Translations under genes and position numbers: made by a program
The notes under the pieces: model-generated
What the model was told of the DNA's origin: nothing
What the model saw: the letters and a program-made list of their open reading frames with translations, nothing else
Databases searched by the model: none
Assembly: GCA_002269645.1 (NCBI GenBank)
Contig: NIVC01000641.1
Coordinates: 118,912 to 182,911, forward strand
DNA length: 64,000 bases
Source: Macrostomum lignano
Taxonomy: Eukaryota
Direction of reading: 5' to 3'
Shown here: positions 13,128 through 26,100 of the stretch, in pieces
How the letters are laid out: every line of letters starts with the position of its first letter
Numbering within the stretch: the first letter of the stretch is position 1

Positions 13128-13945
13128 GTTCCATAGATCCTCCTTACTGGATTCCCCATAGATTCTCACTGGATTCCCCATAGATCCTCCTTACTGGATT
13201 CCCCATAGATTCTCACTGGATTCCCCATAGATCCTCCTTACTGGATTCCCGATAGATTCTCACTGGATTCCCCATAGATCCTCCTTACTGGATTCCCCAT
13301 AGATTCTCACTGGATTCCCCATAGATCCTCCTTACTGGATTCCCGATAGATTCTCATTGGATTCCCCATAGATTCTCACTGGATTCCCCATAGATTCTCA
13401 CTGGATTCCCCATAGATTCTCACTGGATTCCCCATAGATCCTCCTTACTGGATTCCCCATAGATTCTCATTGGATTCCCCATAGATTCTCACTGGATTCC
13501 CCATAGATTCTCACTGGATTCCCCACAGATCCTCCTTACTGGATTCCCCATAGATTCTCATTGGATTCCCCATAGATTCTCACTGGATTCCCCATAGATC
13601 TTCCTTACTGGATTACCCATAGATTCTCACTGGATTCTCCATAGATTCTCATTGGATTCCCCATAGATTCTCATTTTACCCCATAGATCCTCCCTACAGG
13701 ATTCCCCATAGATTCTAATTGCATTCCCCATAGATTCTCATTGCATTCCCCATAGATTCTCATTGGATTCCCCATAGATCCTCATTGGATTCCCCATAGA
13801 TTCTCATTGGATTCCCCATAGATCCTCCTTACTGGATTCCCCATAGATTTTCACTGGATTTCCCATAGATTCTCATTGGATTCCCCATAGCTTCTCGTTG
13901 GATTCCCCATAGATCCTCATTGGATTCCCCATAGATTCCCACTGA
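13128..13945. repeat. Minisatellite of alternating 22- and 25-bp GGATTCCCCATAGAT units
   Basis: Tandem array between the rhomboid 5' region and the BOK 3' end. Confidence 0.9.
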
Positions 13946-14069
13946 ACTCTACATGGGATTTCGATTGAAAAATATTTAGTGTACAGATTCTTAGTGAGAT
14001 ATTCAGTAGAGTCTTAGTTGGGGAATTCCCTCATCGCATGCCAGGAAGTTGCCATGGCTCCTAAGCCGA

Positions 14070-15338
14070 TCACAGAGAGGCAGATATGAGCAGCGTTGAC
14101 ACAAACAGCACCAGGGCGCCCACGGACAGCATCAGCCAGAACCAGGTCCGGTCGCTCTCGCGCTTCGCGTCTCGGGTCACTTCTGGCTGCAAGAGAAGGG
14201 TTCAGGTTGCTGTCACAATGAGACTGTGCGCATTCACAACCACCCATCTTCACTCACAATCACCCATCTTCACTCACAATCACCCATCTTCACTCAAAAT
14301 CACACATCTTCACTCACAATCACCCAGCCTTATTCACAATCACCCAGCCTCATTCACAATCACCCAGCCTTACTCACAATCACCCAGCCTCATTCACAAT
14401 CATCCAGCCGCACTCACAATCACCCAACCTCATTCACAATCACCCAGCCTCATTCACAATCATCCAGCCGCACTCACAATAACCCTGCGGCACTCATAAT
14501 CACCCATATTCACTCACAATCATCCTGCGGCACTCCCAATAACCCATCTTCATTCACAATCACTCAGCCTCACTCACAATCACCCAGCCTCACTCACAAT
14601 CACCCAGCCTCACTCACAATCACCCAGCCTCACTCACAATCACCCAGCCTCACTCACAATCACCCAGCCTCACTCACAATCACCCAGCCTCACTCACAAT
14701 CACCCAGCCTCACTCACAATCACCCAGCCTCACTCACAATCACCCAGCCTCACTCACAATCACCCAGCCTCACTCACAATCACCCAGCCGCCCTGCTTTC
14801 TCAGCCAGTCCGTCAGCCGGGCAGCCACAAAGGCGCCGAAGCAGTCGACGATCCGGCTGACGAACTCCTGGCGGCCCTGCTGGACGCAGTCAACAGCGAA
14901 GGCGCCGGCCATGGCGAAAAGCGCAACAATTTTGCCCCAGTGGACGCCGCCGCTGCACAGCTGCTCGGCGAACATGGCGAAGGTGCGCCGGACAACATCC
15001 TCGGAGTGCATGGTGATGTTGAGCTGCTTGTGCACGTTTTTGTACAGGTCGGGGTACATCGCTTCCAGCTGCTCGCCAACCAGCCGCAGCTCCTGGCTAG
15101 CCGGGCCGCCATCCGTGACAGCGGCGGCTGACAGAAGCGAGTCTGCCAGCTTCTGGGTGAGCAGGCCGCTGCGCTGCAGCCGGTGGCAGATGTACGCCCG
15201 GCATAGGCGGCGGCCCTCTTCGGCCAGCTCCTCCTGGCTGGGGCCGTCCTCCGCGTCTCCGGCGTGGGTCGCTGCGCCGTCTGCAGCACCGCCCGAGCTG
15301 CCTGGGAAGTGGCGACCCAGCGCGGAGCGGCGAAGCAT
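14070..15338 (-). CDS. BOK: Bcl-2 family protein BOK (exons 15338-14784, 14186-14070)
   Basis: N-terminal MLRRS as in BOK; BH4 [18 protein letters not shown]; BH3 LRLVGEQLE followed by [16 protein letters not shown]; BH1 [13 protein letters not shown]; BH2 WLRKQGGW. A phase-0 join adds the tail anchor [24 protein letters not shown]. Confidence 0.9.
14230..14783. repeat. 20-bp minisatellite in the BOK intron derived from the splice donor
   Basis: Minus-strand unit GGCTGG|GTGATTGTGAGTGA copies the last 6 exon bases plus the GT donor. Confidence 0.9.
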
Positions 15339-16060
<722 letters not shown>

Positions 16061-16573
16061 ACCTAATCCAAAGTCCTCGCTCGTCCTCGCAAAACTGACC
16101 AGCAGATTAAAAAAATTCTTTTCTTCAAGTACTCTAAATTGCTATTTAAGGCCTTCTACAGGGGGGGGGGGGCAGGAAGCCGCCGTCCCGGTGAGGGCTG
16201 AGCCGGGGTGATGAAGGCAGAGCGCACTCAGTGGCCAGCTGATTGGCTGAGCAGCCCGCCCCCTCCCCCCAGATTTCTCCGTCTTCATTGAATCTCCGAC
16301 TCCGAGTGCCAGTCAGTTTTACCGTACTCTCAGTGTACCCACAATCTGAGCTCAAAACACAATGACTGCCTGTCCGACTCAACGCCTTTCCGTCTTTTTC
16401 CAGCTATAGACTGAATTCTGTCTGTGGCCTTTCTGCTCTCATTTTCATTGAGCAATTTCACTGCCCTCCTGTGCAGTCTGCGGAGAAGACCTGAGTGAGT
16501 GCTCGAATATCAGCAGGACTCCGCTTTACTCAGCTCGAAATGTTCATATTTCTTTTTGTGCTGTTCTGTGTAC

Positions 16574-16975
<402 letters not shown>

Positions 16976-16988
16976 CTAAGAGACTCAC

Positions 16989-17221
16989 CCAGACGCCTCC
17001 CCGCCAGCCGCGCGGCCACGGAGTCCTGCAGCCTCCGGGAGCAGCTCCTGGCGCAGGCCCAGTAGCGGTCCATGAAGGTGCGGTTGGACTCCAGCAGTTT
17101 CCGCCGCTCGCTCTCCCTGATGATCTCCATGTAGGCCGGCAGGCGGGAGATTTTCCTGCCCGTGTCCGGGTTGTAGGCTCCGGTGGGGGCCGCCTGCGGC
17201 TGCGTGGGTTTGGGTCTTCAT
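16989..17221 (-). CDS. Putative coding exon of unknown product
   Basis: GC-rich, codon-biased frame (PTGAYNPDTGRKISRLPAYMEIIRESERRKLLESNRTFMDRYWACARSC...RRL) ending in a strong G|GTGAGT donor; no family recognised. Confidence 0.4.
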
Positions 17222-17725
17222 TGCCTTGGACTTGTGTCACTGGGTTTACAACCTGTAACTTTGACTCACCATCAACATTCAGAATGACGCCAACTATAGG
17301 GTCCAATCAAGAGAACTTGATTTCAATTCGTTGCTATGGAGACGATTTTTTGTCGAAACTGGCGATCGGTTTCGGAGTCCCAAGCCGAGCTGAGGCGGCT
17401 ATTTATGCGGAATATTTATGGCAGACATGCGCTCCAGTCAACTGGATACACAAAAGTCAAAAGAGATCTCATAAGCCAACTGCTGGCCTGCGTTGGAGCG
17501 CATGGCTCGCCTGTGTCTTACAGCGCTGCAGGAGAGACAGAGGGAGGGGTGAGGGCCGGTCAGGGCGATAAGATAGGCGGTGAGCCGGTTGCGACAAGGG
17601 CGTGGGCATGAAGCCAAGGGATCTGTCAGTTGCGTGAGCCACAGCCGAGCGTGAGAGCAGATAGAGAAGAGCGGAGGGAAGACCTTTGCCGGGGGGTCTA
17701 GCGCACTGAACTAAAGGGATAAAAT

Positions 17726-18291
<566 letters not shown>

Positions 18292-18690
18292 CTTGCGTTC
18301 CTAGTAACTAGCTTTTCCTAGAATTATGAAAATAGCGACGCCATCTCTGGGGCTAATGAAGTGCGAATGTTTGGGAAGGAAGACGGCAGACATTTCACCC
18401 ACGGCAAGGGACAGAAGCAGCCAGCCGGTAATGTACATCCCTGGGTGCCTGTGGAAGTACGTCGGCCACAGTGCGAAGCTGCTGCTTGACTTTCAGCAAA
18501 AAATGAAGCCCGGGCAACAGCGGACTAAATTCCAAACACGGAACCGTCCCGCTCTCCCCGCCTCCTCTTCCCAAACTGCGCACTTCATCCCCAACCCGCT
18601 CCAATTTCCCCCCTCTCTCCCTCCCCTTTCAACGGTCAATAAATGCTGCAATTGTCCGCCGGCTCGTTGGTCCGCAGCAGCACAGCCGCC

Positions 18691-20311
18691 ATGAAAGCCG
18701 CCAGCAGCTCCGGAGCCACCGTCTCTCTGGCCGTGAAACACCTGGCCAGTCTGCGCGGTCTGACGGTCCTGCTGCTGCTGTACACCTGCCTGGGAGCTGG
18801 CGTTATGATGCAGCTGGAGAACAGTCAGCTTCCGCATAAACGGCGTGGCCTACAGGTCGAAGATGTGGACAGGAACTTCCTGTACAAGCTGTATGAGATC
18901 CGCACCAGCAAGCTGGTGTCCAGGGAGGACTTCGTTGCCGCGTCAAAGAAGCAGATCGCCAAGTGGCAGGAGATTCGGTCGGCGCTGGAGTGGAGCTTCA
19001 ACAGCGCTTTTCTGTACTGCTTCACTCTGTACACCACTATTGGTGAGAGGCTTGACTTTCTGTACTGCTTCACTCTGTACACCACTATTGGTGAGAGGCT
19101 TGACTTTCTGTACTGCTTCACTCTGTACACCACTATTGGTGAGATGCTTGACTTTCTGTACTGCTTCACTCTGTACACCACTATTGGTGAGAGGCTTGAC
19201 TTTCTGTACTGCTTCACTCTGTACACCACTATTGGTGAGAATCTGGGAAACTTGGCATCCTTGATGAGGATCTGGGAAACTTGGCATCCTTGATGAGGAT
19301 CTGGGAAACTTGACATCCTTGATGAGGATCTGGAAAACTTGACATCCTTGATGCGGATCTGGGAAACTTGACATCCTTGATCAGGATCTGGGAAACTTGA
19401 CATCCTTGATGAGGATCTGGGAAACTTGACATCTTTGATGAGGATCTGGGAAACTTGGCATCCTTGATGCGGATCTGGGAAACTTGGCATCCTTGATGAG
19501 GATCTGGGAAACTTGACATCCTTGATGAGGATCTGGGAAACTTGGCATCCTTGATGCGGATCTGGGAAACTTGACATCCTTGATGAGGATCTGGGAATCT
19601 TGACATCCTTGATGAGGATCTGGGAAACTTGACATCCTTGATGAGGATCTTGGAAACTTGACATCCTTGATGAGGATCTGGGAAACTTGGCATCCTTGAT
19701 GAGGAACTGGGAAACTTGACATCCTTGATGAGGAACTGAGAGATTTTTGGCTAGATCGATAAGTGAGGATCTGGGAAAAGAACCAGGCTCATCGCCCCGA
19801 ACCCCATGTACCCGCAGGCTACGGCCACGCGCACCCAGTCAGCGCCGCGGGCAAGCTGTTCAGCCTGCTGTACTCCGTGCTGGGCATCCCGCTGTTTCTG
19901 GTGTTCGCCGGCCGGCTCAGCGCCCGCCTGCAGCGCTGGCTGAGCTCCAAGCTGCCCTCGGCTCTGCTGGCCGGCAAGAGGACCAGCGAGGGTGGCGGCG
20001 ACTCGCTGCCGTTGTGGACCTCAGCGGTCCTGCTGACGGCGCACAGCCTGGCTGGCGGGGTGCTGTACGCCGCCACGGAAGACTGGCCGGTGGGTGACGG
20101 CGCCTACTTCTCGCTGGTGTCCGTCAGCAGCGTCGGACTCGGCGACCTGACGCCGGGGCTGGACAGCCGGGCGAAGCTGGGCGCCTGCCTGCTGCACCTC
20201 ACGCTGGGCATCGGGCTATGCGGCCTGCTGATGGACAGGCTGAACTCCTGGCTGGACTCGGCGCTGCAGGAGGCGGCTGCGACGGAAGACCATAAAGGCA
20301 AAGCCGAGTAG
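18691..20311 (+). CDS. Two-pore-domain K+ channel (K2P/TWK), ~281 aa (exons 18691-19042, 19818-20311)
   Basis: GCCGCCATG Kozak; TM1 and cap; P1 WSFNSAFLYCFTLYTTIG|YGH across a phase-1 intron; TM2 GKLFSLLYSVLGIPLF; P2 YFSLVSVSSVGLGDLTP; TM4. Confidence 0.9.
19009..19240 (+). repeat. Five tandem 48-bp copies of the P1 exon end plus GTGAG donor
   Basis: Unit TTTCTGTACTGCTTCACTCTGTACACCACTATTG|GTGAGAGGCTTGAC; GT at 19043, 19091, 19139, 19187, 19235. Confidence 0.95.
19241..19775. repeat. 29-bp intronic minisatellite (GATGAGGATCTGGGAAACTTGACATCCTT)
   Basis: Tandem array; the 29-aa periodicity in the ORF track equals 3 x 29 nt. Confidence 0.95.
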
Positions 20312-21044
20312 CCGTGCAGCCACAGTGCGGCGTGACTTGGGTTGACTCCGCAACTGGGGGCTGGTGGGATTCGAGATAAGCATGATGGCCCCTCCCGATA
20401 TGACAATCAATTAAAGTACATCGGTGCAGGGTCCAATTGCGTTGTTCTAGTAGAGAGTCAGAAAGTCCAGGTGGAGTGTACGGTTTGGGCCAGTTTGGTG
20501 TCAGGAAGGTCAATTAGGGAGTCTGGAAGGTCAGTTTGGGGTCAGGAAAGAAGTTATGCTGTCAGATGTCAGTTAGGGAGTCGAGAATATTTATGGTTAG
20601 GCTGTCAGATGTCAGTTAAGGTGTCAGGAAGGTCAGTTAGGGTGTAAGGATCCATTTTTGGTGTCAGGAAGGCAGGGAGTTGAAATCAGGTGTCAGTGAC
20701 GGAAGTGCGCGCGACTGTAGGAAGCCCTGTACAATTGCTCTTTTGTAGCAATCACAGCATAGTTTTCACTGAGTCATACTACATGTAGTTCTGTTATAAC
20801 ATCGCTCTAAATTGCATGTGTTGATATATATTTATATTACTACTAATCCTCATTTGATTTATTCTTAAGCCCTACTCATTAATAATTAGCATAACTCATT
20901 GACTGTATTGACGCTGACAGTAGTAATATGCGTAAATTTTGCAATAATACTATTTTTACGATTGAATAAACGATTGAACCCCGCTTCATGTTAATATCAC
21001 ATACCAAAGTATGAATTATTCAATGCTGCAGATGCATACGACTA

Positions 21045-21046
<2 letters not shown>

Positions 21047-21088
<42 letters not shown>
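21047..21088. repeat. (AAT)n microsatellite
   Basis: Direct reading. Confidence 0.9.
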
Positions 21089-23129
21089 TGATGGGTTTCG
21101 GCCATTTCGGCATTTGAAAGCCTCCGGGCCTCAGGTCTCAGAAATGAATCAATTAGAGTTCTGGCCCCTCACTCCTGTCAGATGGTCAGCCCAAGGTAGT
21201 TTGATCTGTGGCGAGCAGTCTAGGTCCTATAGCTAAGAGAGGGACAGCGAGAGACAAGCAGGGAGAATTTTGAAGGTAGAGATTAGCTAATCCGCAGATT
21301 AACTAACCCGCTGCCACCAGCCCGTGCGCTCTGGCTTACCAAACCGGAACTTTCGAAATCGAGCTTCCGACTAGAAGGGGCTTAGCACTTACCTGCCAAC
21401 TTGTGTCTTTTTGCTGTCAATCTCGAAGTCATAGCCGATGAAAAGGGACACTGCTGGGACTCGATCGCATTGGCCATGCAGGGACAGAGGGGACTTGTGC
21501 AGGGGATTCTTGCGGTGGCGATCCTATGGGGTACTACATGTACTATTACATTGCTAAATGCGAGGGATTGTACTTTTGGCCTTCAACGTGCTAGCCAGCC
21601 TCTCGTAGCGCTGATGATAGGCTAACTCGAACTTTAGAGATCGCATGATTCACTACCCGAACCGCTGGGCGAATTTAGAGTGCACGGAAGTACATCTCTA
21701 GCGCCGATCTTGCACTATTGGCAATTTCGCTCCCTGATTTGATAAATAGGTCGACTGAGTACTACCTTGCCATTGGTCCACTGTAACCGGCGCCACTAGC
21801 TCAGCTCCTCATATGAGCCATCGGCAAACAAAGAAATAAAACCGATAAAAATAACTTCCAGATTTAACCTTCTCACTGAATCACTTCACACTTAAGATTG
21901 AATCGGAGTGATTTGACTACTAACAGTATTATTGAATGATTTCTGAGTCAATAACAGTGGACAAAATGAGCAAAAGTGTGCGCCTAATCCAGCTACTGAA
22001 ACAGGGGACAGATAAGGAATCATCCTATCAAGCAAGTCTAGGCAGCCTCTCACCCAACCAATCAGAAACTCAACAGCCGGAGACCCAGGTAATCCACAGT
22101 GACCGAATCGGCTTAGTGCTTCGCAGCTGTAGGCCCGGGATGATGTCGTCACAGTTTTTGCAAATAACTAGTAGGTGATGATCTTAGCCTCGATGATTGA
22201 TGCAGTCGACCGGGGGAGACGTCCTTGATGATGAGGGGGGATATCGCGATCCGGGGATCAAAAGACGGCGAAACCCCAAACCCGAGTGGGCCAAAAACAA
22301 CGGTTTAAATAGCCACCAACTGGACCGAAAATTGTTAAAATGGAACACTTCAACGCTGATTGGCTGAGCCGATTTGTTATAACTGACGTCAAATTTTCTG
22401 ATTGGATGAGCTTGCTGCCACCTAAACTCGCGTGACCAAAAGATCCTACCGGTTCCCTCGGGGCCATAAAAATACGCCAGATGTCATCATAAATCACTCA
22501 ACATCGCTACATTATGATTTATGGCTTTTCGCGTAGGAATTACAAAAATTATTAAAAAAGATGCACTAGAAAGGTCTCATTAAGTAGAAAGTAAAGATGG
22601 TGAAGAGAAATCGATAATCGCTAATCCCAAAGTACTTTTAGGGGTAAAACGCGTAGCTGTCAAAGGCCTGAGTGAACAAGAACAATAGGCCCTGACCTCA
22701 TAAATCTGATGGCCTGTCAAAAATGATGAGAAAAAAGCCAACCGCCAGCATCCTCTCAGACCATCTGGCGCCAGCTTCAACACTGAGTGAGGCGCAGGTG
22801 GCTGTCAGACACGCCTAGGAGCTATGATTTATGACCCCAGAAGTAGCAAAAACCGCGCCTATGCTATAATGACTACAAGTATGGCAAAATCATATAGCTA
22901 CACAAATCCTACTAGTATGAGTTCTAGGAAAATTGCAAAGAAAGAAAAATGCCCATAGCCTGCTGTCAGTAGGCTAACAAGTTTGGAAAAATTTGGAAGA
23001 GATTTGGTGAGAGATTTGGAAAAAAAGTGCGTCCTCATCAAATAACTGATTACACCTGCCCTAATGGGCAGATATGCAACCGACAGCTCAGCCGCAGCTA
23101 TTGCGCGGCGCATCTGAAGGCTGCGTACG

Positions 23130-26100
23130 TGTTACGTCTTTGCACAAATCACGTAGTCACTAAGTAAAGCAACTTAGAAGTTTAGTCAGCTCAAGGCTCT
23201 GGCTTTTACGCCGTGTGTATTTCTCGCGCGTTAGCGTCTAACTTAGCGAACTGTCTCTCTTTTAATCCAGCTCAACTTCAGCTCGCAGGCTTGCCCATAG
23301 ACATAGTTCGTACTAAAAGGCATACATATCATTCCTCCTTTTCTTTAAAAAAAATTGTTCAGTCAAAACAGTTCAGTTCAGTTAATTCGCAACAAAAAAA
23401 TCCGGTTTCTTCAGTTTTGACCGGTCACGCAAAACACGTTGGTTTGGATGCTGTTTCACATCTTGGCCGTCCTTTGGCTTGATATCGAAGCTTGATGACG
23501 CGGCTAACTTTCGAGTTTTGTCTATGGCCCGCGAAGACTTGCCAGTCTGACCATGATGCTCTAGATTTGGTCCCGTCGATTCAGCTTCCTCTTTTGCATC
23601 CTTTTTCAACTTGTAGCTATTCTTGGCATTGTGTGCTTGCGTTAGTTCTGTGTCGAAATCACACTGTGGCTGGGGCACAACTTCGGTTTCAGATTTGATC
23701 AGATGATCCACGTGTCGTTTCCAGATTTGTCCGTTGACTTCCACGTGGTAGGACAGCGGCCCAGTCTGTTTCAACACTTTGGCTTGAGCCCACTTGTTTT
23801 CTTTTTCCCTCCTGAAATCAAGAGCTAGCACTATATCTCCAGCCTGAAACTCTCGGTGAGGAATATGTTCCCGGCGCATCATCTGCTTACTTTGCGAATC
23901 CAGGACTCTCCCGTATGTGTCTGGCTTCAGGAAGTCCAGCTTTGTCCGTCTTGCATACGCAAGCATCATCTCGGCAGGTGACTTGCCCGTTGTGCTATGA
24001 GGCGTGCTTCTATAGCGGAATAGGAAATTGTGCAGGCTCAGCATGGCATCACCGTGGCTCTTCATGCCTGCTCTGATCGCATTCTTGGCTGTTTGAACCA
24101 TTCGCTCACTGAGCCCGTTGGTTCTTGGATGTCCTACAGCACTGAAGATGTGATGGATGTTATTTCGCTTGGTGAATTCAGCAAACTCCTGTGATGCAAA
24201 CTGGCTTCCATTGTCGGTCAGTATCTGTCGAGGTATTCCAAACCGAGCAAATGTCTCTCGAAAGCGTTGAATGGTGTTCGCGGCACTGGCAACTTTCATT
24301 GGAAAAACCTCTACCCATTTTGATGTGGCATCCACGATTACCAACCAATTGAATCCGAAACACGGTCCGAAAAAATCTGCCTGAAGTCTCGTCCATGGCT
24401 TTTCTGGCCAACTCAACGGGTGAACAGCAGATTCTGGTGGTTTGCTTCGCTGCAGTTCGCATCCCTTGCATTGTTTCACAGCTCTTTCAATCTGTTGGTC
24501 GATTCCCGGAAACCAAACGTGCAGGCGAGCGATCGATTTCATCGATACAATCCCAGGGTGTCCTTCGTGCAGCAGGTCCAAAACTTGGTGTTGGAGGCTA
24601 GATGGAATGATGGCGCGTATACCCCAGAAGATGACTCCCTGCTCAAGACAGAGTTCGTTTCCTTTCTGACGGTATATCTCAAGCTCAAATTCACATTTCT
24701 CCGGCCAACCGTTCTGGCAGAACCTGATTACCTTGCTCAGGATAGGATCCCTGGCTGTCTCTCGACGAATCTCGACAGCGGTGATAGGCAGTTCTTGAAG
24801 TCGACGTTCCATGACTTTGTCCACTCGGGACGTCGAACTTGGCAATGGCAACCTGGATAACGCATCAGCGTTGCCGTGGTCCTCTGTCTTTCGAAATCTT
24901 ATCTCGTACTGATGAGCAGAGAGCAAGACTGCCCAACGTTGCAATCTGCTAGCTGCGATGCTCGGGATGTCCTTCTTTTCTCCGAAAATAGTAGTTAGAG
25001 GCTTATGGTCTGTTACCAAAATAAACTTGTTCCCGAATAGATACTGATGGAACTTCTTGATCCCGAATATGATTGATAGCGCTTCTTTTTCCAGCTGAGA
25101 ATAATTCTGCTCCGCTGGTGACAGTGTCCTTGATGCGTAACTGATAGGCAGCTCGGCACCACCTGGCATTGTGTGGGACAGAACACATCCGAGCCCATAC
25201 TTCGAAGCATCAGTGTGTAGGATGATCGGCTTCTTTGGGTCGAAATGCACCAGCAGCCGGTCCGATGTCAGAATTGACTTCACAGAGTCCAAAGCAGCTT
25301 GGCACTGACTGCTCCAGCTGAATGTCACATCGTTTCTCAGGAGTCGGTTGAGTGGCGCCAGAACAGTTGATGAGTTGGGTATGAATTTCCCATAGTAGTT
25401 AATAAGTCCAACCAAGGATCGAACCTCGGACACACTGGTAGGATTCGGTGCGTTTCTCACAGCAATTACCTTGTCAGGAGATGGGTGCAGTCCGTCATTA
25501 TTGATAATATGACCCATGAATTCTACTTTTTGCAGCCGAAACTTGCACTTGTCCTTGTTGAGTCTGACACCCCTGTATTGCAGTGTCTTCAACACTTTAT
25601 GCAGTTTCTGATCGTGTTCCTCGAGTGACCTTCCCGATATTAGAATATCATCGATGTAAGCAACAACTTCCAGTCCACAGAGAATTTTCTCAATCGCTTC
25701 TTGGAACTGAGCAGGAGCAGAAGCCAAGCCCATTGTTAGTCGATTGTACTGATACAATCCCAAGTGTGTATTCATGGTCGTAAATTTTCTGCTGCTTTCT
25801 TCCAACTCCAGCTGCAGAAAAGCTTGAGAAATGTCCAGCTTGGAAAAGTACTTCCCACCATTCAAAGTAGCAAACATTTCCTCCTGTCGAGGCAGTGGAT
25901 ACTTGTCCACTTCCAGCTGTGGATTAATAGTCCTCTTGAAGTCCGCGCAGATCCTGATTGATTTCCCATCTTTCTTCAGCACTGGCACAATGGGAGAAGC
26001 ACAATCTGATGAACTCAGCTTTGATATGATCCCTTCGTTGACAAGGTTATTGAGTTCGTCCTCAATAAGCTTCTTCATTGCAAACGGTACAGGTCTGCTC

